From positions 45,602 to 109,601 of the forward strand of contig CBDESZ010000020.1 in the NCBI GenBank assembly GCA_965242725.1: a stretch of 64,000 nucleotides of DNA, written 5' to 3'. Positions within the stretch are counted from its first letter, which is position 1. The number at the start of each line of letters is the position of its first letter. Source of the DNA: Alkalispirochaeta sp. (GTDB taxonomy: Bacteria > Spirochaetota > Spirochaetia > DSM-27196 > Alkalispirochaetaceae). Positions 52,137 through 62,089 of the stretch are shown here, piece after piece. The notes beneath the pieces were generated by a model. The model ran no database searches. It was not told the DNA's origin and saw nothing but the letters and a program-made list of their open reading frames with translations. A program made the position numbers and the translations under genes.

Positions 52137-52524
52137 TGTCGAATTTCCTTTCATACACAACGGACCCTTTCCGGAGAATGCGCGAACGGTGTTCCCGGTG
52201 GAGTTTCTCCAGGGGGACAAGATCCAGAGAAAAGGTTGTCCGTCCGAGGGCCCATCGTTCCATCTCCGACCACGCCTCCATATCGATAACGCCTTCGACG
52301 GCGATATCAATATCGGAATACTCCCTGAATTGCTCCGGATTGAGAAGAGATCCCCAGACGACGATTCGTGTTGGATTCCAGGTATCCCGTATCCCGGCAA
52401 TGATGACATCCGCGTCCGCCCGGGCGGCCTCCCACCGTTCATGGAGTGTCTCCCTGCGGGCGCGCAGCCGTTGTCGATACGACCTTCGTGCGGCTTCAAT
52501 ATCAAATCCACCTGAAACACCCAT
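52129..52524 (-). CDS. minimal nucleotidyltransferase (MNT) antitoxin
   Basis: IVVWGSLL..SDIDIAVEG, LDLV, I..KG. Confidence 0.88.
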   Translation of the reverse strand: MGVSGGFDIEAARRSYRQRLRARRETLHERWEAARADADVIIAGIRDTWNPTRIVVWGSLLNPEQFREYSDIDIAVEGVIDMEAWSEMERWALGRTTFSLDLVPLEKLHREHRSRILRKGSVVYERKFDNE

Positions 52525-53046
52525 ACACCAAGAGTGCGCCGCGCGGGCGTGTCCGTCAAGGTCACCCGAAAGAGCTATCCGTGTACACCGGCCGGGACAC
52601 GCATCTTGTTTCAATTTCCGCTCTGAGTCCATGTATTATCGTCACCGTATGTTGATTGCGGTGTATTGATCCCGTACACCACGTAGACCAGTAACTAAGC
52701 TAAATCCCGCAATCGAGGTGTCACGATCGTCGAGGAACAGCTCTCCGCGTTCAGGTGATAGAGAAGTGGACCGGAACACGGTATGTAGTGCGTGTATTTC
52801 TTAATAGAACGAACAGAAGTTGTCATGTTACTATGTTTTGATTGTATAGAAATCGTCTCAAAATATTATAATTGGAGATTAGTCATGGATATCAAGGCGT
52901 GGCAATGACTGCACTGCCCGGAAACGGATGCGCGGTCAGTTCCTGTCCAATAATGAATTTGACGCGTAGATCGAGGTGCTTAGCTTCCGGAGTATCCCGT
53001 GATGCGGGACACTCTATGACAATTGATCGCAACGGAGAAAACAGTA

Positions 53047-56000
53047 ATGACTGATACTTTTGAACAACTTCGCCGATGGCTTTCATATTACAGAAGGTCC
53101 TTGGCCGATGCGAGATCGGGAGATGGCAGGATCAACGGGAACATCTTTGTCGAATATGGTACTGCCGGTTTTCTGGTACACGAGCGGATTCATCGAGTAT
53201 TGGAAGAGGTCAAGGAACAAGGGCAGCAGACATCGCCCATGGATGTTGTTTGGGCACCGGGGTATTTCATAAAAAAGAAAGATACAAACAGCTATGGGAA
53301 GCGATACTGGCTCTTCCCATTTTGGATACCCGCGACGCTGACCGGGGAAATACAATTGGAAATACCTGAAAGTGGAGCATTACCGCGAATTCCGCGTGAA
53401 TATTTGTCTCCAATCGCAAACGTCGGTCCATCTCCGGTTTTTGCCTCGGTGGATGATCTGGATCGAGCGCTGGAACGTTTTAATCCGCCTCGAAATTCTT
53501 GGAATGAGTACCGTGACTACGCATTGCAATTCTTTCAAACTGTTACCGGCACTAACTTCTTGTCTCTCCAGGGAAATGATTACCTCTGGGAGGCACGACC
53601 GGTTGTATACCTCGATGAAACGACAAGCTTTAATGATGCCCCACTCGCAATATACGACCATATCCTCAGCGAGTGGGAAAATCGTGGCCACCTAACGCGG
53701 ACGGAATCTCTTATAGGGAACCTACTGTCGCACCAGGAACCAAAAGAACTCCGACCATTACCCGAACGAAGTGAGCTTATCCTCTGCTCCCGGCACTTAG
53801 GTCAGATCACAAAAGAGTTTCCTTTAAGCCCGTCTCAGCGTATCGCTCTTTCGTTACATTTGACGTCCGGCCTGGGCGAAGTGTTGGCCGTGAAAGGTCC
53901 CCCGGGCACCGGAAAGACTACATTGTTGCGTTCTGTTTTTGCTTCCGAAATCTGCACGGCCGCAGTAAAAGGAGACTCGCCGGCGACGATATTGGCTACC
54001 TCGGCTAACAATCAGGCAATAACTAATATTCTCGATACAATCGAGTTTACCGGTCCCGGTGATCGTATAGACAATCGATGGTTGGACGTCGCCGGACCCT
54101 TGGGGGTCTATGCGACTCGCAGCGACACCAATGCAACCGTTTATAAAGAAAAACACCCCGATGGATGGACGCTGAACCTTACTATGGGTGAATTTTACGG
54201 GGATTATTTCAATGCGTTGGATCAGTTGAATATTGTCGAAGAACGCGAGCGATTTTTCGCTCGGTTAAGCGGGCATATCCCACGCCATTCAATAACATTT
54301 CTATCGGATGCTACTGAGGTACTTCACAAATCGGTTGTACAAATACACGATCGAATCGTGCGCGTAATTAGGGACGGCCGTGGCTCCGTCTCCGTGTTTG
54401 CCGAGTCGACACCGATAGACGTGATTTTGAAATGGGATTCTCGAGAGTATGATGATCAAATCGAAAAGCTTTCGGCAACGCGACGTCGATTGAAACGGAT
54501 TCTAGGAATATCGTTGTTCGGACGCAGCCGCCTCAAGGCGCGGTATTTCAAAGTATTGAGAAAACTCGCCAAGAGAAAGGTACTCAGAGAACATGTACTG
54601 GGGTTGGTCTCAGGTCTTTCCAGCCTGACTGACGAATATCCGGAAGAGTATCAGCAGGTCAATCACGATCGTGATTGGTTTTCTCTTACTGCGGATCTCC
54701 TCGATCTGACCCTTCGATATCGTTTGTTCTGGTTTTCCATTCACTACTGGGAAGCGCGGTGGTTGCAAGAAATTAATCACCGCATAGATGACGGGATAAC
54801 ATATGACAAAGGGGCAAAAGGACGCGCGGCGATATTGAAGGAATTTGCCTATCTTGCACCCATAATGGTAGTGACGATGTACAGCATACATCGGTTTGTC
54901 ACGTATTCTTCCCGAAACACTAAATTGGGATGGCATGATGTTCCACTTAAAGGCTTCTTTGACCTCTTAATAGTTGACGAAGCGGGGCAGATTGGACCGG
55001 AGGTGGGAGTCATCACCTTTTTATACGGGAGACGGGCACTAGTGGTTGGCGATGTGTACCAGATTGAACCAATACCGAGTGTAGAGTCAGCCGTTATTGA
55101 CGCAGGGAACATTGGTAATAGGGGTCTCCTTTCAGAGGATATGGACTATTCCATATACAAACGAGAAGGCGTGACAGTTGCGGGAGGCTCACTTATGCGG
55201 TTGGCGCAGATTGCAAGCCGTTATTCCTATCCGGCTGACCGGAACGACACGCACGAACGGGGCACCCTCCTGATTGAACATCGAAGATGTTTCAACGAAA
55301 TAATTGAATTTTCGAATAAATTTGTCTATCGAGGATTGTTGCGACCCATGCGCGGTAGTGGCCAAAGACAAGGCGATATAAGTAATTCCACTTTTGACAA
55401 AATTACCCCTTTACCACCGGTGGGATACATGCATGTTGAAGGATTCTCGATAAAGGCAGAAGGCAGCAGATTGAACCGAATCGAAGCCGAAGCAGTTGTG
55501 ACACTTATCATTTCCCGAAAGAACCACTTTGAACGGATATATAACGAAGACATCGGCCGTATTGTTGGTATAGTGACACCGTTTCGACGGCAAGCGTTGT
55601 ATATCCGCACACTGCTGGAAACACATAATATTAACAATATCACCTGTGGAACGGTACACGCCCTTCAGGGATCTGAGCGAAAAATCGTTTTCTTTTCATC
55701 GGTATACGGCATCAATGAGACGGGGAACAGTCTGTTCTTTGACAGATCCTTTAACATGCTTAATGTCGCCCTCACAAGAGCGCAGGATCACTTTATCACG
55801 ATTGGTAATATGAGGCTCTTTAATAGATCGGAGACTACGCTCCCGTCGGGAGCATTAGGGTCAATCCTCTTCAGTTCTCCCGAAAACGAAATTTCCACAA
55901 AGGATCTGTACTACCGGGAGGATCATGACACGAAGGAACCGCTACTCGTGAGAAGGTATCGTGAAAGCGACAACGGATCTGGTTTTACGGTTGAACCGCA

Positions 56001-56511
56001 GGAATTAAATTTCAACCGCGTTTCCACACCGTCCGGACATCATCGTACACTCGAACGGGCCGTCGAAGGAGCAACAGAACGCGTCGTTATTGTGTCACCC
56101 TTTCTATCGATACGGGTTCTCGAATTTTGTGTGGACGGTCGGCCTACTATCGGTCAACTCCTGAAAAAGGCTGTGGAGAAGAATATCAGTGTCAAAATCG
56201 TAACTGATTGGCGCCTGGATTACGACCAGACAACCGGGTCGCTCAAGGAGAATTCCAAAGCGGCGCGGGAGTTTTTACAGAACGTAGGTGCCGAACTCAT
56301 CGTGAAATGTGGAATCCACAACAAGACAATTATACGGGACGACGATCTGATTGCAGAAGGCTCATTTAATTGGCTTTCCGCGAGTCGTGAAGGAGGATCA
56401 CGTTATTCGAGATACGAAACCACCCAAGTGCTTCATGGACCAGGGGTAAAGAAAATCGTAGATCGCTTTCTCGAAGAACTAGAATCCATTCCAACGTCGA
56501 ATGATCCATGA
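53047..56511 (+). CDS. SF1 (DNA2/NAM7-like) helicase with C-terminal PLD domain; Mokosh type II-like
   Basis: YYRRSLAD; GPPGTGKT; SANNQA; VDEAGQ; VGDVYQ; EHRRC; TVHALQGSE; NVALTRA; HNKTIIRDD (HxKx4D); GSFNWLS. Confidence 0.85.
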   Translation: MTDTFEQLRRWLSYYRRSLADARSGDGRINGNIFVEYGTAGFLVHERIHRVLEEVKEQGQQTSPMDVVWAPGYFIKKKDTNSYGKRYWLFPFWIPATLTGEIQLEIPESGALPRIPREYLSPIANVGPSPVFASVDDLDRALERFNPPRNSWNEYRDYALQFFQTVTGTNFLSLQGNDYLWEARPVVYLDETTSFNDAPLAIYDHILSEWENRGHLTRTESLIGNLLSHQEPKELRPLPERSELILCSRHLGQITKEFPLSPSQRIALSLHLTSGLGEVLAVKGPPGTGKTTLLRSVFASEICTAAVKGDSPATILATSANNQAITNILDTIEFTGPGDRIDNRWLDVAGPLGVYATRSDTNATVYKEKHPDGWTLNLTMGEFYGDYFNALDQLNIVEERERFFARLSGHIPRHSITFLSDATEVLHKSVVQIHDRIVRVIRDGRGSVSVFAESTPIDVILKWDSREYDDQIEKLSATRRRLKRILGISLFGRSRLKARYFKVLRKLAKRKVLREHVLGLVSGLSSLTDEYPEEYQQVNHDRDWFSLTADLLDLTLRYRLFWFSIHYWEARWLQEINHRIDDGITYDKGAKGRAAILKEFAYLAPIMVVTMYSIHRFVTYSSRNTKLGWHDVPLKGFFDLLIVDEAGQIGPEVGVITFLYGRRALVVGDVYQIEPIPSVESAVIDAGNIGNRGLLSEDMDYSIYKREGVTVAGGSLMRLAQIASRYSYPADRNDTHERGTLLIEHRRCFNEIIEFSNKFVYRGLLRPMRGSGQRQGDISNSTFDKITPLPPVGYMHVEGFSIKAEGSRLNRIEAEAVVTLIISRKNHFERIYNEDIGRIVGIVTPFRRQALYIRTLLETHNINNITCGTVHALQGSERKIVFFSSVYGINETGNSLFFDRSFNMLNVALTRAQDHFITIGNMRLFNRSETTLPSGALGSILFSSPENEISTKDLYYREDHDTKEPLLVRRYRESDNGSGFTVEPQELNFNRVSTPSGHHRTLERAVEGATERVVIVSPFLSIRVLEFCVDGRPTIGQLLKKAVEKNISVKIVTDWRLDYDQTTGSLKENSKAAREFLQNVGAELIVKCGIHNKTIIRDDDLIAEGSFNWLSASREGGSRYSRYETTQVLHGPGVKKIVDRFLEELESIPTSNDP

Positions 56512-56561
56512 GGAGCATGTCTTATCTTATTATCCCCCGATCGACCCCGTAGCCGCTTCCT

Positions 56562-56620
56562 GCGAGGCGGGTGGCCCTTGCCACTTTGATGAATGTAAAC
56601 CGCAGACAACCGGATGGTTC
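56562..56620 (+). repeat. 59-bp direct repeat, copy 2
   Basis: Matches 47111-47169 in the same orientation. Confidence 0.9.
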
Positions 56621-56685
56621 AGTTTAAAAGATACGGATTGTAGTACCCATGTCCGATTGGAGATTTTCGGGTATACTGTGTCCAT

Positions 56686-57939
56686 ATGAAGCGCGATCGG
56701 ATTGAGTTTTTCGGGGCGGCCGCGGGGGGCGCCATTTTTGAGATCATCAGGCGGGAGGGGCCGGTTTCCCGGGCGCAGCTGGTGCGGACCACGGCGCTCT
56801 CAAAGAGCACCGTTTCGCTCCATGTGGACCGCCTGCTCAAGGTTGGGGTCATTAAGGAGGAGGCGCGACAGACCGATTCCGGGCCGGGACGGCGGAGCCT
56901 CCTGCGCTTTGCCGCCGACCGGGGCATCGTGGTGGGTATCGAGCTGGGTGTGACGAGCATCGATGTGGCCGTGTGTGATCTCGATGCCGCCGTTCTTGCC
57001 TCCTATTCGGAACCGCTTGATATCGCCCTGGGACCGGTACCGGTACTTGGCCGGGCCTACGAGATCATTGACGACCTTCTTGAAGAGGTGGATGACGGAC
57101 ACGGACCGTTGACGGGGATTGGTATCGGTCTGCCCGGGCCGGTGAACCGGACGCTGGGGTGCGTGGTAAGTCCGCCCATCATGCCCGGCTGGGACCGCTA
57201 TCCCGTGCGGGACGAGGTGGCGTCCCACTGCGGGGTGCCCTGTTTTGTGGACAACGACGTCAACGTGATGGCCCTCGGTGAGGCGCGGGCAGGGAGTGCC
57301 TCCCACGCCGAAAGCTTCCTTTTTGTAAAGATCGGCACCGGCATCGGCGCGGGGATCGTCATCGACGGCGAGCTCTACCGCGGCTTTAAGGGGAGCGCCG
57401 GCGATATCGGCCATATCGGTATCGACGGGGAGACGACGCGCTGTTCCTGCGGCAATCGGGGTTGTCTGGAGGTGGTCGCCGGGGGCGGCGCGATCGGCCG
57501 GAAGGGACGGGAGCTTGCGGAGAGCGGTGAGAGTTCCGTGCTGGTGGAGACGGCGCGGCGCCTGGCCGCCGAGGAGCCTCCCCGGGAGATTTCTGCGGTG
57601 GATGTGGGCGTTGCGGCGCGGCAGGGTGATACCGCAGCCCTGGAGCTGGTGATCGAGAGCGGGCGTCATGTGGGTTCCGTCCTGGCGAAGCTGGTGAACT
57701 TCTTCAACCCCGAGATGGTCGTCCTGGGCGGCGGCACGGTGAATATCGGCGACGCCTTCGTGGCGGCGATACGGGAGATGGTAATCCGCCGGTCGACGCA
57801 GCTGGCGACGGTGGACCTCGTGGTGCGGCGTTCCGCCTTCGGCGAGCAGAGCGGCATGGTGGGGGCGGCGTTCATGGTGGTGGACGAGCTCTTTTCGACC
57901 CGGGCGGTGACGGAAATGGTGCGGGAGTACGATGGGTGA
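56686..57939 (+). CDS. ROK family transcriptional regulator
   Basis: SRAQL..LSKSTVS HTH; GLPGP, DNDVN, GTGIGAG, GDIGH, CSCGNRGCLE. Confidence 0.93.
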   Translation: MKRDRIEFFGAAAGGAIFEIIRREGPVSRAQLVRTTALSKSTVSLHVDRLLKVGVIKEEARQTDSGPGRRSLLRFAADRGIVVGIELGVTSIDVAVCDLDAAVLASYSEPLDIALGPVPVLGRAYEIIDDLLEEVDDGHGPLTGIGIGLPGPVNRTLGCVVSPPIMPGWDRYPVRDEVASHCGVPCFVDNDVNVMALGEARAGSASHAESFLFVKIGTGIGAGIVIDGELYRGFKGSAGDIGHIGIDGETTRCSCGNRGCLEVVAGGGAIGRKGRELAESGESSVLVETARRLAAEEPPREISAVDVGVAARQGDTAALELVIESGRHVGSVLAKLVNFFNPEMVVLGGGTVNIGDAFVAAIREMVIRRSTQLATVDLVVRRSAFGEQSGMVGAAFMVVDELFSTRAVTEMVREYDG

Positions 57940-58111
57940 GGTCGGGGTGAAGCGGAGAGTCGCGCGGTGAGGGCGAGGCGATAGCGACGAGGGGCCGCCG
58001 AGGTGCGGGTCCGACAAGGCGATAGCGATTAGCGGCGGTCGCGGCGCGTGACGCCTGTAAAACCACCCGCGACACCGCCTGCTCCCCCGGCGTTCTTTTT
58101 TTAGCGATAAA

Positions 58112-58164
58112 TGTCCGAAATTCGAACAAAATCGTTTGCATTGCGGAAGAATCAGGTGTAAAAT
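58112..58164 (+). promoter_or_regulatory. candidate ROK operator and sigma70 promoter
   Basis: TGTCCG-AAATT-CGAACA imperfect palindrome; TTGCAT-17 nt-TAAAAT (58136-58164). Confidence 0.5.
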
Positions 58165-58185
58165 CAAGCGTCAAGGAGGTCATGC

Positions 58186-59433
58186 ATGCGATTAGGATTT
58201 ATCGGAGCGGGGTTCATCTCCACCTTTCACGCCACCGCGCTGACGATGGTTCGCGGTGTAGAGGTGACCGCCGTGTTGCGCCGCTCCCGTTCGCCCCGGT
58301 TTGTACAGCACTGCACGTCCCTCGGGGTAGGTACTCCCGTTGAATATGATTCCATCGCCGATGTGGTAAAGAACTGCGACGTTGTCGCCATTTACAACCC
58401 CAACTACCTGCGCATCGAGACGATGGAAGCGATCGTTGCCGCCGTTGAAGGGGGTGCCAAGCTGACCGGTGTGATCATTGAGAAGCCCCTCGGCAGGACG
58501 ATGAAGGAGGCGCGGAAGCTTGTGGACCTCGCAAAGCGGGCGCGCCTGAAGACCACCTATTTCGAAAATCAGATTTTCATGAAAGCCATCGCCGCCCAGC
58601 GGGAACAGCTGAAACCGTCCATTGAGGCGATGGGGGCACCAAGCCTCGTCCGCAGCGCCGAGGAGCACGGCGGCCCCCACGGCGACTGGTTCTGGGATCC
58701 CGTACGCCTCGGCGGCGGCGTGCTCATGGACATGGGCTGCCACAGCATTGCCGTGGGACAGTACCTCCTGACCCCGCCGGGAAAACCCCTCGGTTTCCTC
58801 AAGCCCGTATCCGTAAGTTGCGATACCAGCCTTCTCAAGTGGGGCGAGTCGCCCTGGCGGGAGAAGCTTCTGAAAGAGCGGGGTATCGATTATGCGAAAA
58901 CGCCGGCGGAGGACTTTGCCACCGGTATCATCACCTACCGCAATCCCGAGACGGGGGCGATCGTGAAGTCCCAGTTTACCGACTCCTGGATGTTTGAGAA
59001 GCAGGGGCTGCGGCTGATGATGGACGGTATGGGTCCGGGCTACGCCTTTGAAATCAATACCCTGCGCTCGCCGACGGAGATATTTATCGGCGACGCCGCG
59101 GCGGAGTCCCTGGCGGACGCGGAACTGGCACTGGAGAAGTCCACCGCCACCCGGGGTCTGCTGCCCATTCAGGCCAACGAGGCGGACCTCTACGGCTATG
59201 TCGATGAAAACCGGGACATGGTGGAACGCTTTTCCCGCGGCGAAGACGGCATGCTCAACTGGGAGTATGGACTGGAGATTACTCGCCTCCTGATGGCGGC
59301 GTACTACTCAGCCGAACAGGGAAAGGTGGTCGATCTAACCGATCCGAAGATAGATGCAATTCTGGAAGAATACGTTCCCGCGATCCAGAAAGGTGAGGGG
59401 AACGGCGTCCTCAAGAGGGGCGCAAAAAACTAA
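58186..59433 (+). CDS. Gfo/Idh/MocA family oxidoreductase
   Basis: GFIGAGFI, EKPL, WFWD..GGGVLMDMGCH. Confidence 0.9.
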   Translation: MRLGFIGAGFISTFHATALTMVRGVEVTAVLRRSRSPRFVQHCTSLGVGTPVEYDSIADVVKNCDVVAIYNPNYLRIETMEAIVAAVEGGAKLTGVIIEKPLGRTMKEARKLVDLAKRARLKTTYFENQIFMKAIAAQREQLKPSIEAMGAPSLVRSAEEHGGPHGDWFWDPVRLGGGVLMDMGCHSIAVGQYLLTPPGKPLGFLKPVSVSCDTSLLKWGESPWREKLLKERGIDYAKTPAEDFATGIITYRNPETGAIVKSQFTDSWMFEKQGLRLMMDGMGPGYAFEINTLRSPTEIFIGDAAAESLADAELALEKSTATRGLLPIQANEADLYGYVDENRDMVERFSRGEDGMLNWEYGLEITRLLMAAYYSAEQGKVVDLTDPKIDAILEEYVPAIQKGEGNGVLKRGAKN

Positions 59434-59443
59434 GGAGGGCCGT

Positions 59444-60451
59444 ATGGCTAAGAGACTTATTATTGTTGGGCTGATCCTGCTGATCAGCGTCGGCGCGGCA
59501 TTTGCCGGTGGACAGGGTGAGTCGGACACCAAGTCGATCGCCGTGATCATGCCCGGGGCGACCCATGGGTTCCTCGGAGAGAGCATTCGCCACGCAGAGG
59601 ACGCCACCCAGGCGATGGGCGAAGCCCGTGGATACGACTACCAGTTCCTCATCTCCGACGACGTCGTACAGCAGGCAAATCAGATCGATACCGTCGTCTC
59701 CCAGGGAGTGGACGTGGTCGTGCTGTGGCCCCACAACGGCGATGAGCTGCGTTCCGCTGCACAACAGATCGTGGACGCCGGGATTCCCCTGGTCATCTAC
59801 GACCGGCTGATCACCAACTTTGACGAAACCGCGGAGCTCATGGGTGACAACGTAACGATCGGTGAAGAGACGGGCGAGTATTTTAACGACTACTTCGCCG
59901 ATGAACTCGCGGCGGGACAGGTGAATATCCTTGAGTTCAAGGGTGACAACTCCACCGTGCCGACCCAGCGGAACGAAGGCTTCTGGTCCACCGCCCATGA
60001 TAACTTCAACGTCGTAAATGAGTACGTTACCAACTGGAGCCGCGACACGGCGCAGACGCAAATGGAGACCTTCCTCAACTCAAGCAGCCGCGAGGTGGTT
60101 GAGAGCATTCAGGGTATCTTCACCCACGACGCCGAGGTCCAGGCGGGCGTACTTGCCGCCATTGAAGGATACAGCGGAACCTTCGACCTGAACATTAAAC
60201 TCGTCTCCGGCGTCAGCGCACCCCGGGAGCTCCTGGAGAACTTTGACCGCTATGAGGAGCTGGGAATCGATCAGGTCACCTTTGCCTTTTCACCTGCGAT
60301 GGTCCGTGATGCAATCGAGCTGGGATACGACATCCTCGATGGTGAAGAGGTCTCGGGCATGCACCTCGTGGAGACGGAGATGGTCGACAACTCCAACTAC
60401 CGCGAGTTCATGCAGGGAGACGTGTTCACAACCCGTTATTCCGTAGAATAG
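59444..60451 (+). CDS. monosaccharide ABC transporter substrate-binding protein
   Basis: Signal peptide ..FAGGQGE; QGVDVV..P, GIPLVIYDR, GDN..G. Confidence 0.9.
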   Translation: MAKRLIIVGLILLISVGAAFAGGQGESDTKSIAVIMPGATHGFLGESIRHAEDATQAMGEARGYDYQFLISDDVVQQANQIDTVVSQGVDVVVLWPHNGDELRSAAQQIVDAGIPLVIYDRLITNFDETAELMGDNVTIGEETGEYFNDYFADELAAGQVNILEFKGDNSTVPTQRNEGFWSTAHDNFNVVNEYVTNWSRDTAQTQMETFLNSSSREVVESIQGIFTHDAEVQAGVLAAIEGYSGTFDLNIKLVSGVSAPRELLENFDRYEELGIDQVTFAFSPAMVRDAIELGYDILDGEEVSGMHLVETEMVDNSNYREFMQGDVFTTRYSVE

Positions 60452-60475
60452 TATTAGACGGTATTGAAGGTTGAG

Positions 60476-60502
60476 CGGGCCGGCGCCTGACGCGCCGGCC
60501 CG
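60476..60502 (+). terminator. intercistronic stem-loop
   Basis: CGGGCCGGCGC-CTGAC-GCGCCGGCCCG perfect 11-bp stem. Confidence 0.6.
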
Positions 60503-60590
60503 TTGTCTGCTCCACCCCGTACGCGGAATGTGGTCCTCATTCAACGATGTTGGGCCGCCGGGTCGGGGTTGGCAACAATAAGGCGGTCCC

Positions 60591-62087
60591 ATGCAGTTAG
60601 AGATGAAAAACATCTACAAGAGCTTCGGCGCGGTGAAGGCGGTGGTGGACGTCTCCTTTTCCGTCGGTGAAGCGGAGATACACGGCCTCCTTGGTGAGAA
60701 TGGTGCGGGAAAGTCTACGCTCATGAATGTCCTCGGCGGCGTCCTGCCCCCCGATTCCGGCACGATTCTCATTGACGGTGAAGAGGTTGCCCATTTGACG
60801 CCGATCAAGGCGTCCAGACTCGGAATTCGGTTTATCCATCAGGAACTCAACCTGGTCAACGATCTCAAGGTCTTCGAAAACCTCTTTCTCCGGAACGAAA
60901 TCGTCACCGCCGGTATGTATCTCAACAAGCGGGAAATGATCCGTCGCTCCCGGGAGATCTTTGAAAAGCTGGGGCTGGAGATCGATCCCACCGCCTACGT
61001 TCGAGATCTGGATACCTCCCGGAAGCAGCTTGTCGAGATCGCCCGGGCGCTCCTCTTCGACTGCAAGCTGATCATCATGGATGAGCCCACCACCGCGCTC
61101 ACCAACGACGAGATTGAGAATCTCTTTGAGATCATGCGGGGCCTCAAGAGCCACGGCGTGAGCTGTATCTACATTTCCCACAAGATGCCGGAGCTTTTTT
61201 CAGTCTGTGACCGGTATACCGTGCTCAGGGACGGGCGATTTGTAGCAACCGGCAATTTCGCCGATATCAACGAGCAACAGGCGACGGAAATGCTCGTCGG
61301 ACGGAGTATCGTCGACGACGTGGTGGAAAAGACGAACAAGGTCGGTGAAGAGCATGTCCTTGAAGTGGAACGGCTCACCTGCGAGGGCCATTTCGAGGAG
61401 GTGAGCTTCGGCCTTCGCCGGGGTGAGGTCCTTGTCTTTACCGGTCTCTTCGGCGACGGTCGAGGGGCCCTTGCGGAATGCCTCTTCGGCGCCCGACGCA
61501 TCACCTCCGGGACGATTCGCCTCCACGGGAAGGAACTGGATACCAGCTCCATCCTCAAGGTGATAAAGTCAGGCGTTTCCATGGTTCCCCGAAACCGCAA
61601 AGAGCGTTCGATCCTGAAGGACCTCTCGGTAAAGGACAATCTCTCCATGGCGTACTTCACCAGTGCCCACCGGGGACTGGTGATCAGAAAAGCCGACGAG
61701 AATAGCCGCTTTGAAGAAAACCGCCGACAGACCAATATTCGCGTGGGAAATCCCAACGACCCCATTACCTCCCTGAGCGGGGGAAATCAGCAGAAGGTCG
61801 TCTTTTCACGCTGGTTCGGTCTGGAGAGCGATGTCTTTATTCTGGATAATCCTACCCAGGGGATCGACGTAGGTGCAAAGTTTGAGATCTATCAATTGAT
61901 CAACAAGCTTGTGGAAACGGGGAAGAGCGTCATCATGTTCAGCTCCGAGTTTCCCGAGATTTACAAGATCGCCGATCGCTGCATCGTCATGTACAAGGGT
62001 GAAATCAACAAAGAATTTGCAAGAGAGGAACTCAACGAGGTGGATGTGATGTACTACGCAACGGGATCCAACAGGAAGGCCGGCTGA
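60591..62087 (+). CDS. monosaccharide ABC transporter ATP-binding protein (RbsA-like)
   Basis: GENGAGKST, MDEPT, ISHK, LSGGNQQKV, PTQGIDVGAK. Confidence 0.93.
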   Translation: MQLEMKNIYKSFGAVKAVVDVSFSVGEAEIHGLLGENGAGKSTLMNVLGGVLPPDSGTILIDGEEVAHLTPIKASRLGIRFIHQELNLVNDLKVFENLFLRNEIVTAGMYLNKREMIRRSREIFEKLGLEIDPTAYVRDLDTSRKQLVEIARALLFDCKLIIMDEPTTALTNDEIENLFEIMRGLKSHGVSCIYISHKMPELFSVCDRYTVLRDGRFVATGNFADINEQQATEMLVGRSIVDDVVEKTNKVGEEHVLEVERLTCEGHFEEVSFGLRRGEVLVFTGLFGDGRGALAECLFGARRITSGTIRLHGKELDTSSILKVIKSGVSMVPRNRKERSILKDLSVKDNLSMAYFTSAHRGLVIRKADENSRFEENRRQTNIRVGNPNDPITSLSGGNQQKVVFSRWFGLESDVFILDNPTQGIDVGAKFEIYQLINKLVETGKSVIMFSSEFPEIYKIADRCIVMYKGEINKEFAREELNEVDVMYYATGSNRKAG

Positions 62088-62089
62088 AT

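Noticed and set aside
51651..52565. 304-aa HEPN ORF as a long fusion
   Set aside because: The upstream 143 codons overlap the MNT gene in another frame; the likely start is 52136.
52890..52920. TGGCA motif as a sigma54 promoter for the helicase-PLD gene
   Set aside because: No GC at the required GG-N10-GC spacing.
57940..58075. GC-rich spacer with GGCGATAGCGA twice (CRISPR or riboswitch?)
   Set aside because: Only two short copies, no regular spacers, no cas genes and no recognisable aptamer.
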